The notes under the pieces: generated by a model
Databases searched by the model: none
The model's input: only the letters and a program-made list of their open reading frames with translations
Told to the model about the DNA's origin: nothing
In this document: positions 50,816-62,800 of the stretch, piece after piece
How the letters are laid out: each line of letters opens with the position of its first letter
Position numbering within the stretch: position 1 is the stretch's first letter
Translations under genes and position numbers: made by a program
Assembly: GCA_028277845.1 (NCBI GenBank)
Contig: JANQFL010000094.1
Location: 26,791 to 90,790, forward strand
DNA from: Sneathiellales bacterium
GTDB lineage: Bacteria; Pseudomonadota; Alphaproteobacteria; JANQFL01
Length of the DNA stretch: 64,000 bases
Reading direction: 5' to 3'

Positions 50816-53800
50816 ATGACTTCGAGACTGTTTGCGTTCGCGGCCAGTGCGTTTTCCGGCGAGTACGATTGGTGGCAATGGCGGGCCGGCGCGGGTGAGT
50901 TCCATTCGCCGTTCGGTTGGCGGCCGGGCGGTGTGTCAGCCACAGTCGGCACCTTCGAAGTCGCCGGCAGCATGGCGGCCCTGCCGACGGATCCCCGCTT
51001 CTCCGATCAGTGGCATCTTCAGAACACCGGCCAGAACGGCGGCACGGCGGGTGTCGACATCAACGTCGTACCGGTCTGGGACGATTATACCGGCCAGGGC
51101 GTCACCATCGGTATCGTCGATTCCGGTGTGCAGTACACCCATCCGGACCTCGCGCCCAACTACAACACATCGATCGACTACGATGCCTGGGGGCGGGATG
51201 ACGACCCGGCGCCCAACAGCAGCGAAGATCACGCGACGGCGACCACCGGCACCGCGGCCGCCGCGGCCAATAACGGCACCGGCGTGGTCGGTGTCGCCCA
51301 TGGTGCCGAGGTGGCCGGCTTCCGCATGGACTTCGACAGCGGCACCCAGGGGCAGATCGCCGACAACATGGCCCGGCAGGTGGACGTCGACATCTCCAAC
51401 AACAGTTGGGGTTACGGCGGCTACTTTTTCGACGATTTCGACTCCAGCACTTTCGCCGCGTCGGCGGCCGGCATCGAAAACGCCGTCTCCGCGGGGCGCG
51501 GCGGCTTGGGCACGGTGTTCGTCTTCGCCGCCGGCAACGACGGCGACAGCGGCCAGGACGTCAATTATCACAGCTTCCAGAACTCGCCGTATACCATCGC
51601 CGTCGGCGCCGTCGACAATACGGGCGCCCGGGCCGATTTCAGCACGCCCGGCGCGGCACTGCTGGTCTCGGCCCCCGGTGTGGATATCGTCACCACGGAC
51701 AAGACCGGCAGCGGCGGGTACGTCTCCGGCGATTACGTCACCATCGACGGCACGTCGTTCTCGTCGCCCATCGTCGCGGGCACCGTGGCGCTCATGCTCG
51801 AAGCCAACCCGAACCTGGGTTACCGCGACGTCCAGGAAATCCTCGGCTATTCGGCCAGGTCGGACAAGCTGACCGGCTCGTCGTGGCAGATCAACGGCGC
51901 CGAAAACTGGAACGGGGGCGGCCTGCATGTCAGTCACGATTTCGGCTTCGGCCTGGTCGACGCCCACGCGGCGGTCCGGCTGGCCGAAACGTGGACCCTG
52001 CAGCACACCTACAGCAACCTCGCCTCCCATTCGACGGTCGCGCAGGTCAATCAGGCGATCAACGACTTCCAGCCCGTCTATTCGACCATCACCGTCGCGG
52101 ACACCGGGGCGCTGCAAATCGATCACGTCAGGGTCGACCTGGACATCGATCACACCTGGGTCGGCGACCTCCACATCACGCTGACGTCCCCCGACGGCAC
52201 CGAGAGCGTCCTGATCAACCGGCCGGGCAAGACGTCGTACAATCGATACGGCACCAGCCGGGACGACATCAAATTCGAGGTGACCAGCACCCAGTATTGG
52301 GGCGAAAACGGCGTCGGCGACTGGACCCTGAGAGTGAACGATGCCGTGTCCGGCGATCAGGGCACATTCAACGATTGGACCCTGACGCTGGAAGGCGATC
52401 CGGTCACCGACGATGACCTCTATGTCATCACCGACGAGTTCGTCGCCGCCGGCAATTCCGGTTTCACCATCGACGACAGCGCCGGAACCGATACGGTCAA
52501 CGCCGCCGCCGTGACGACGGATACGGTCCTCAATCTCACGCCCGGGCTCATGAGCAGTATCGCCAACGGCAGCTTCTATCTCGACCCGGCGACACTGATC
52601 GAAAACGCTTACACCGGCGACGGCAACGACCAGCTCATCGGCAACACCGCCGACAACGTCTTGGACGGCGGCCGGGGCGACGACAATCTGTTCGGCGGCC
52701 TCGGTAATGACGAACTGATCGGCGGCGCCGGCGACGACGTCATGGAAGGTGGCGAGGGAGAGGACGTCGCCGTTTTCTCGGGCAACCTCGCCGATTACGA
52801 CATCGTCGTCGACAACGCCATTATCACCGTCACCGATCTGAACGCCGGCGATCGCGATGACGGCACCAATACCCTGACCGGCATCGAGGGCGCCCAGTTC
52901 GCCGATCAATACGTCTCGTTCAATTTCGAGCCGCCGGACAATGTCCCACCGGTCGCGGTCGACGACGCATTGGCGGCCACTGAAGACACGGCCCTGACAT
53001 TCGGCGCCACGGATCTGCTGGCCAACGACAGCGATGCCAATGGCGACGGCCTGTCGCTGACATATTTCACCCAGCCGGCCCATGGCGCGTTGGCGGACAA
53101 TGGCGACGGCACGCTGACCTACACCCCGGACGCCGATTATTTCGGCAGCGATAACTTCACGTACACCGTATCGGACGGCTACGTCACCGACACCGGCACC
53201 GTGGCCATCACCGTCGCCCCGGTCAATGACCAGCCGGTCGCCGCGGACGACAGTACTTATACCCATGAAAATACGCCGCTGGTGATCGATACCTCCAGCC
53301 TGCTTGGCAACGACACCGATGTGGACGGTGACACACTCTCCATTACTGCCTTGTCACAGCCGGGTAATGGAAGCGTGGTCGACAACGGCGACGGCACGCT
53401 CACATACACACCAAACGCGGAATACTTCGGCGACGACAGTTTTACCTATACCGTTTCCGACGGTCAGGGGGCATCGGACACGGCCACCGTCGACGTCAGA
53501 GTCATATTCGTCAACAACCCGCCGGTCGCGGTTGATGACACCGCGACGACCGATGAAGACCAAACCATCACTATTCCGATCGCGACCCTGCTTGGAAACG
53601 ACAGCGACGCCGATGGGCATGCGCTTGAGATATATAGCCTCAGCAATCCGAACAACGGAAGCGTATACAAGAACACCTCCGCCGGTACCGTCGTATATCG
53701 CCCCAACCCGGACTTTAACGGCACGGACACATTCACATACAAAGCGTTTGACGGCTACAACACTAGCAATACAGCCACCGTTACCATAACAGTCAACCCA

Positions 53801-56800
53801 GTCAATGACGCACCGACGGCGAACGCCGACAGTATCGTCACCGACGAAGACACGCCGGTGGCTTTCTCATCGGTCGCCTTGCTGGCCAACGATACCGATG
53901 CCGAAGGAGACAACCTGATCATCGTCGGTGTCAGCGATGGATCCGACGGCACGGTCAGCGACAATGGTGACGGCACGTACACCTACACGCCGAACGCAGA
54001 TTTCGCTGGCCTTGACACGCTGACCTACAGCGTTGAAGACGGTCGGGGCGGCGTCAGCAACGGCACGATCACCGTCACGGTGAACAGTATCAATGATAAG
54101 CCGGTTGCCGTTGACGACAACCTAGTCACCGACGAGGACACCGCCTTTGTCATCGCCGCTGCTGATTTGCTGGCAAACGACAGTGATCCCGACGGCGATA
54201 CCTTGACGCTGACCAGCATCTCGACGGCAACCAATGGCCACCTCCATGACTTTGGCGACGGGACGTATAATTACCGGCCGAGCCAGGATTTTTACGGCAC
54301 CGATCAACTGACCTATACGGTCAGCGATAGTCAAGGCAACTCCGATACCGCCACGGTCACCATCACGGTCAATTCAGTTAACGACAGGCCGTATACCCAA
54401 GACGATGCCTTCGTCACCCATCAAAACGATCCGGTAACATTCACCAACGCCCAACTGCTCGCCAATGATATCGACCGGGAGGGTGACACGCTTGAAGTAA
54501 CCTATGTGCATCTGGTTGCACACGGAGAATTGGTTGACAACGGGGACGGCACATACACCTACACACCGGCCTATGGCTTTTCGGGAGAAGACTGGGCTTG
54601 GTACGGCATCGTCGACAGCAATGGAGGCACGAATTTCGACTCAGGCCGTGTTTCCTTCGATGTCCAATTGGATCAGAACAATATCGAACCGGTTGCCGGC
54701 GACGACTTCTTCGTCACCAACAAGGACGCGGCACTGGTCATCAGTGCTGCCGACTTGCTTTCCAATGATACGGATGCGGACGTCAATGACGCACTCACCG
54801 TTTGGAGCCACATGCAACCGAACAACGGTAGCGTGGTCGATAACGAGGACGGCACGTTCACGTACACCCCGAATGCGGGATTTGTCGGCACGGACCAGTT
54901 CGAATACTGGCTGTTTGACGGCAACCATGTCCTGAACGGCAAAAGCATTGGACGCGTCTTCGTTACAATCAATCCGGACAACATCACGCCGGTAGCTGGT
55001 GATGACACCGTCACCACGGACGAAGACACACCCATTATCATCGCAACAGCCGACCTGCTGGCCAATGATGGTGACGGCGATGGCGATGCGCTGTCCATCA
55101 CTACGATCTCACAAGGACAGAACGGCTCGCTGACGGACAATGGCGACGGCACGTTTACCTATACGCCAAACGCCCATTTCCATGGCTCCGACAACCTGAC
55201 TTACAACGTCACCGATGGCAAGGGTGGCAACGACACGGCAACGGTCGACATTACCGTCAACTCGGTCAACGATATTCCTGTCGCCGTCGACGATACATAC
55301 GGATCCGAAGAAGATACACCGCGAACCCTGTATGCCGCTCAATTCACGCATAATGATGTGGACGATGATGGTGATCCGCTGACGATCACGTTCTTATCAC
55401 AGGGCGAGCACGGCACCATTATCGACAATGGAGACGGCACATACACCTACACGCCCGACGCCGACTATTACGGACCGGAGACGTTCACCTACATCGTATC
55501 CGACGGCAATGGCGGCAGTGATACCGGCACGATGACCTACACTGTGTATGCAGTCAACGACTACCCGGTCGCCGTGGATGACACTTTCTCCACGTACAAG
55601 AATACCTCTCTGGGCTTCACTGCCAATGATCTGTTGGCCAACGACTACGACATCGAAGGCGACCCGCTGTCGATTGAACACATCTGGACACCTCCCAATG
55701 GGTCGATAGTCGACCATGGCGACGGAACCTATACATACACCCCCAATAATGGTTTTGTCGGAAACGACACCTTCCGCGTTCGTGTATCGGAGATCAACGA
55801 CGACCATTTAACCAACGACTCGTTCATCACCGTCGTTGTCACACCGGAACCTCCCGCGGTATCGGCAGCGGACGATACCGTCAGAACCGAAGAAGATTCA
55901 TCGGTCATCATCGCCGCGGCCGACCTGCTGACCAACGACGTCGATCTCGAGGGCGACGATTTATCGATCACCGATCTTACATCAACCAGCAATGGCACGC
56001 TGATCGACAATGGCAATGGCACCTACACCTACACGCCAATTGCCGATTTCAACGGCAGCGACAGCTTTACCTATACTGCCTCGGACGGTAATGGCAACAG
56101 CGACACCGCCACCGTCCGTATCACGATCGACCCCGTCAACGACGTACCGGTCGCCGCCGACGACGCGGTCACGACGGACGAAGACACGCCGCTGATCATG
56201 GCCGCCGCCACACTGACCGGCAACGACAGCGATGCCGACGGCGACGCGCTGACGATTACCGCGGTATCGGACGGGGCCAACGGCAGCGTCGCGCTGAACG
56301 GTGACGGTTCGGTGACATACACCCCCGACGCCAACTTCAACGGCAGCGACAGCTTCTCGTACACGGTGTCCGACGGCAATGGCGGCGCCGACACGGCCAC
56401 GGTCTCGGTCACAATCAACCCGGTCAACGACGCCCCCATCGTGCCGGACGTGTACCTGACGGTGGATGAAGACCAGTTCAACTACGTTTCGGCCGCCGAC
56501 CTGCTGGCGAACGTCACCGATATCGAAGGCGACGTGGACCCCGGCGACTGGCAGCCGATCACCTGGTCCGAACCGGCGCACGGCACCATATGGACGTCCA
56601 CCACAAGCGGCAGCGGGAGCGGAAGCGGCTACGGTGGTCAGTTTGATTACGGAGGCGTAGGCGGTATCGGCAGCTGGGACGGGATCGGCAGCGGGCTCGG
56701 ATTCGGCGGAAGCATAGGCGGAAGTACCGATGTCTTTATCCCGTCGGAAATCGTAAGTCTCGGTTTCGGACCGCGTGAACAAGACCAGGCGGACGCGGGC

Positions 56801-59800
56801 CAGGGGGAATTGCGGGCCATGGACGCGTCCCCCTTGTACATCAACTATTCGCCGGACCCGGATTACAACGGCACGGATCAATACACCTTCACGGTGACCG
56901 ACGCCAATGGCGCCTCGGGCAGCGGCACCGTGTACATCACCATCAATCCGGTCAACGACGCGCCGGTGGCGGCGGACGACACCGTGACCACCCAGCAGGG
57001 CGCGGCCGTGATCGCCACGCCGCTGGCCAACGACGGCGATGTCGACGGCGACGCGCTGAACATCAGCGGCTTCACCCAGGCGGCCAACGGCACCGTCGCC
57101 GACAACGGGGACGGCACGCTCACCTATACGCCCTACGCCGACTTCTTCGGGCTCGACAGTTTCACCTACACGATTTCCGACGGTCAGGGCGGCAGCGATA
57201 CCGCCACCGTCGGTGTCACCGTCGACGAGTTGCCGCCCAACACGGTCAGCTACGCCGACGAGGGCGCCGGCCTCACCGCCACATTGACCAGCGATGCGTT
57301 CGTCATGTCGACGAACGGTGTCGGCAATACCCCCCTCACCGGCGAGTTCCGGGAAGATGACCTGGTCGTCTGGGACGGTTCGACCCATAACCGTTTTCTC
57401 AACGCAGACGACATCGGCCTCGACGCCAACATCGATGCCCTGTTCGTCCGATCCAATGGCAATATCGTTTTCTCCACGTCAAGCTCCGGCAATCTGAACG
57501 GCATCGGCAATTTCGGCGACGAAGACCTGATCGAATGGGACGGCACGGCGTTTTCCATGTGGTTCGACGCCGGCGCCAACGGCATCGACACCGGCGAGGA
57601 CATCGACGCCGTTCATGTGCTCGAAAACGGCAATCTGATCCTGTCGACCACCGGCGGCGCCAGCGTCGACCAGAACGGCGGCGGCACCCTCGGTCTCGAG
57701 GACGGCGATCTGTTCGAATTCAACCCCGGCACCACCACGGTCGACGGACTGGCGGCGAAGACCGCCCGCCTGGTCTTCTCGGAGGACGATTTCCTCGGCA
57801 ACGAGGATATCGATGCCACCTCGCAATTGGCCGACGGCACCACGGTCCTTTCGACCATGGGTTCCGCCACCCTGCCCGTCTCGCAATCCTTCGCCGATGA
57901 AGACCTGGTGCAATGGGACGGCACGGCGGCCGGCAAGCTGTTCGACGGCGGCGGCAATGACCTCGAGACCTACACCGAAGACATCGACGCCGTGCACATG
58001 CTGGTCAACACCGGCGCGGCGGCGGGCGCCGATTACGCCGGCATCAACAATCTGATCGGCACGGCCTTCGACGATACCCTCGTCGGCCACGACGCCGAGA
58101 ACCGGCTGGAAGGCGGCGGCGGCGACGACATTCTGATCGGCGGCGGCGGCAACGACATTCTCGTCGGCGGCGCGGGGGCCGATATTCTCATCGGTGGCCT
58201 GGGGGCCGACACGTTCGTCTTCACCGCCGCCGACCTCGGCACCGGTCTCGACAAGATCTACCGCTACGACCAGACCGGCGTTCCCGTCGAGCAAAGCGAC
58301 AACCTGGATTTGAGCGGCCTCTTCCTGGGCGGGCCCGTGCCCGACCGGGATACGATCGACCAGTTCCTCAGATTTCAGGACGACGGCGACTGGGTGATCA
58401 TGCAGGTCGATACCGACGGCAGCGGCGGCTCCGCCGGCTTCCAGGACCTCGCCCATTTCACCGTCCGGCCGTTTGCCATTAGCGACCTGCCGGGTCTGAT
58501 GGACAACGGCAAGATCATCGTCGGCACGCCCAACGAAAACCCGGTGGCGGGGAACGACACGGCGGCGACCGACGAAGATACCCCGCTGATCATCGCCGCC
58601 GCCGATCTGCTGGCCAACGACAGCGACGGAGACGGCGACAGCCTGTCGGTCACGGCCATCTCGAACGGCGCCCACGGGAACCTGAGCGACAACGGCAACG
58701 GCACGTTCACCTATACGCCCGATGCCAACTACAACGGGGCCGACAGCTTCACCTACACGGTATCCGATGGCCGTGGTGGTAGCGATACCGGCACGGTTGA
58801 TATTTCGGTTGTGTCGGTCAACGACGCACCATCGGCAGAGAACGACATCCACTACACAGACGAAAACGTCCCTATAATCATAAGTATCGCCGATCTGCTG
58901 TCCAACGACTCGGACATCGACGGCGGGACTCTGTCTGTCGTCAGTTTCACACAAGGCGTTATTGGCAGTGTCGTCGACAATGGCGACGGCACGATAACCT
59001 ATACGCCCGAACCGAACCGATGGGGCGCCGACCGCTTCACCTACACCGTTTCGGACAATCAGGGCGGCAGCGATACGGCAGAGGTCATTGTCGACATCAC
59101 CATGGTCAATTATCGGCCGACTGCGGTTGACGACAGTGTTTCAACCGACGAGGACACGGGGATTGTCATTACCTACGCCAGCCTGCTTGCCAACGATTAC
59201 GATGTCGATGGCGATTCGCTGGGATTCCGTTGGTATGACCAGCCGCAGAACGGACATATCGTTGATGACCATTACGGGACCCTGACATACACGCCCGACG
59301 CCAACTTCTTCGGCACCGATACATTCGTCTACTACGCCAACGATGGCAGGGTGTTCAGTAATCCGGCCATCGTGACGGTGACCGTCAACCCCATCGACGA
59401 CGCGCCAGTCGCCACCGATGACAGTGTTTCCACCCTCGAAGACAGGCCATTGATCATCGGTGCCAATGTTTTGGCAAACGACATCGACGTCGACGGCGAC
59501 GGGTTAACCATCACCGGCGTGTCACAAGGAAACCATGGAACCGTTTCCAACAACGGTGATGGCACGTACACCTACACCCCGGATGCCGACTATGCCGGTC
59601 CGGACACAGTTACATACACGGTGTCAGATGGTCAGGGTGGCAGCGATATAGCCACTGTCGACATCACGTTGGATTCGGTTAATGACGAACCGGTCGCTGC
59701 AGACGACAACTTCTCAACGGACGAAGACCTTCCCTTGCTTGTCACCGTTGTCGATTTGTTGGCCAACGACAGTGATACAGAAGGCGACGGACTTAGTATT

Positions 59801-62800
59801 GCCGCGGTAACACAAGGCGTAAACGGCAGCGTTATCGACAATGGCGACGGCACATTCACCTACACGCCGAATGCCGACTTCCATGGATCCGACAGCTTCT
59901 CTTACACCGTTTCCGATGGTAATGGCGGCAGCGATACAGCGACCGTCGCCATCACAGTCAATCCGGTCAACGACGCGCCAGTGGCTGCAGACGACGCCTT
60001 GTGGCTCGACGAAGATACGACGCTGACCATCACTACGGCTGATTTAATCGGCAACGACGGCGACGCCGAAGGTGACAGCCTGACCGTAACGTCGGTATCC
60101 CAAGGCACGCATGGCAGCGTCACCAACAATGGCGACGGCACCTTCACATATAGCCCCGGCATCAATTACAACGGCGCCGACAGCCTGACCTACACGGTCT
60201 CCGACAGCAATGGTGGCGAAGCTACTGCAAGCATCTCCATCACCGTAGACCCTGTCAACGACGCGCCTGTAGCGGCGGATAATTCCTTCTTCTCGCAAGA
60301 GGACGTCCCGACTTCATTGTCGCTCGGCCTACTGCTTGCGGGAGCAACCGACGTTGACGGAGATAACTTGATACTCGCCGGGTATACGCAACCGGTCTAC
60401 GGCACCCTCACCGAAAATAGTCATGGCCATTTCGTCTATCTGACGAACGCCAATTTCTACGGCACCGACAGTTTCACTTACACCGTTTCTGACGGCAACG
60501 GTGGCAGCGACACCGCCACAATGACCGTCAATGTTCTCCCGGTAAACGACTGGCCAATTCCGACTGACGATGACGTGGTGGCTGACGAGGACACGCCGCT
60601 GATTATTGCTACGGCCGATCTTCTCGCCAATGACACAGATATCGAGGGTGACAGCCTTTCATTCGGTAGCCTCATTGAAGGCTCGTACGGAACCGTCGTC
60701 AACAATGGCGATGGCACGATCACGTATACGCCGGATTCCAACTTCAATGGTTTCGATTCGTTCCGATACTTTGTCCGCGATCACAGCAGCACACAGATCG
60801 GCACTGTTAATGTCACTGTCAATCCAGTCAACGATGCACCGACGGCAGAAATCGATTCGTTCTTAACGCCGACGAATACGTCTGCAATCATCAGCGCGGC
60901 GCAACTTGTTTCCAACGACACCGATATTGACGGTGACAGCCTGTCGGTGACCGGATACACGCAAGGATCCAATGGCAACATCACCGACAACGGGGACGGA
61001 ACGTTCACATATACCCCGGACACGGATTTCGTCGGCTTCGACACTTTCGATTACACCGTTTCGGATGGCAGTGACAGCAGCACGGCAACGGTCACCGTAA
61101 CTGTCGGGCTTGGCAACTTTGCGCCTGTTGCAAACGACGATTCATTTACGACCGACGAGGATTCGCCGTTCATCTTTACGAAAGCGGACTTGCTCGCCAA
61201 CGACGTCGACCTCAACGGCGACTTCCTAAATCACGCCGGTTTCCGTTCGCCTCTGCCCCGCGACTTTGATTTGGAATGGATTGAAGGCCACACTTGGTCC
61301 TTCGTCCCGGATGCCGATTTCGCCGGCGTCGCACACTTTTATTATCAAATCTATGACTCGTCCGGAGAATGGAATGAAGGCCAGGTCACCGTCACCGTCA
61401 ACCCGGTCAACGACGCACCCGTCGCTGTCGACGACATTGTCAAAGCTCAAATTGACACGCCACTCGTCATCGACGGTACAGATCTTGTTGCCAATGACAG
61501 CGATATTGACGGTGACGACCTGACGGTCGCCGGTTTCACACAAGCAGCCAACGGAAGTGTTACGGACAATGGCAACGGCACATTAACCTACACCGCAAAT
61601 ACCGGATTTAGCGGCACTGATGTCTTTACCTATTCTACCTCCGACGGTAACGGCGGCAGTGATGTCGCCACAGTCAATGTCCTAGTAAGTGCGATCGACG
61701 CAGTCGATGATAACGTTACTACAAACGAAGATGCCCCACTGGTCATCGCCTTTGCCGATCTACTGGCCAATGACGACGGGAATGGCAATGACCTGACGCT
61801 GACCGATTTCTCTCAAACTTCCAACGGCACCCTCACTGACAATGGCGACGAAACCTTCACCTACACGCCGGACGCCGATTACTACGGGTCCGACAACTTC
61901 ACCTACACCGTCTTTGACGGCAGCGATATCAGTTTCGCCACCGTCGCTGTCACCGTCGACCCAGTTAATGACGCGCCGGTTGCGGTGGACGCCCTTCTCA
62001 CCGCGATTGAAGATTCGACACGCACGATTCAGCCGTTCAGATTCTTACACAACGACACCGATCCCGATGGCGACAGCCTAACAATAGTCGACGTTACCCA
62101 AGCACAGCACGGCAGTGTCACCCTCAATGCTGACGGCACGGTCACATACATTTCGGATGCCGACTACAGCGGCCCCGACACCTTCACCTATACGATTTCG
62201 GATGGTGAGCTGACCTCCACTGCCAACGCTTTTGTTGACGTGCAGGCCCGCAATGATCGGCCGGTGGCAGCCGACGACAGTGTCACAACCAACGAAAACG
62301 CACCGGTTACCTTCAGTGCAGCAAGCCTGCTGGCCAACGATACCGATGTCGACGGCGACGCCTTAAGCATCATTGGGTTCAGTCAAGCCACGGGCGGATC
62401 GGTCAGCAATAATGGCGACGGCACGCTGACCTATACGCCGAACTCCGGCTTTACCGGGACTGACAGCTTCACTTACACCGTCTCCGACGGCAATGGCGGG
62501 TCGGATACGGCGACGGTTCATGTGACCGTCGGGCCGGCCGGCGGGCGGATCGATGACGAGACGTTCTCCTATGTCGATGCCAGTACCGGCGTCACCGCCA
62601 ATCTGGGCAGCGAGGCGTTTGTCTTCTCGACCTACCGCGGCGGTTCGGTCGACGGTGTCGGCGGCTTCGCCGACGAGGACCTGTTGCTGTGGGACGGTTC
62701 CGAATACAGCAAATTGCTGGACGGCGGATCGGTGGGGCTGAGTGCGTCGGATGAAAACATCGATGCCCTGTTCGTCCGCGCCAACGGCAATATCGTGTTC

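Noticed and set aside
52940-62540. Possible CRISPR or other non-coding tandem-repeat array
   Set aside because: The period is about 285 nt. The units are diverged and all in one open frame with a conserved protein motif. There are no short identical repeats with unique spacers and no cas genes. These are coding domain repeats.
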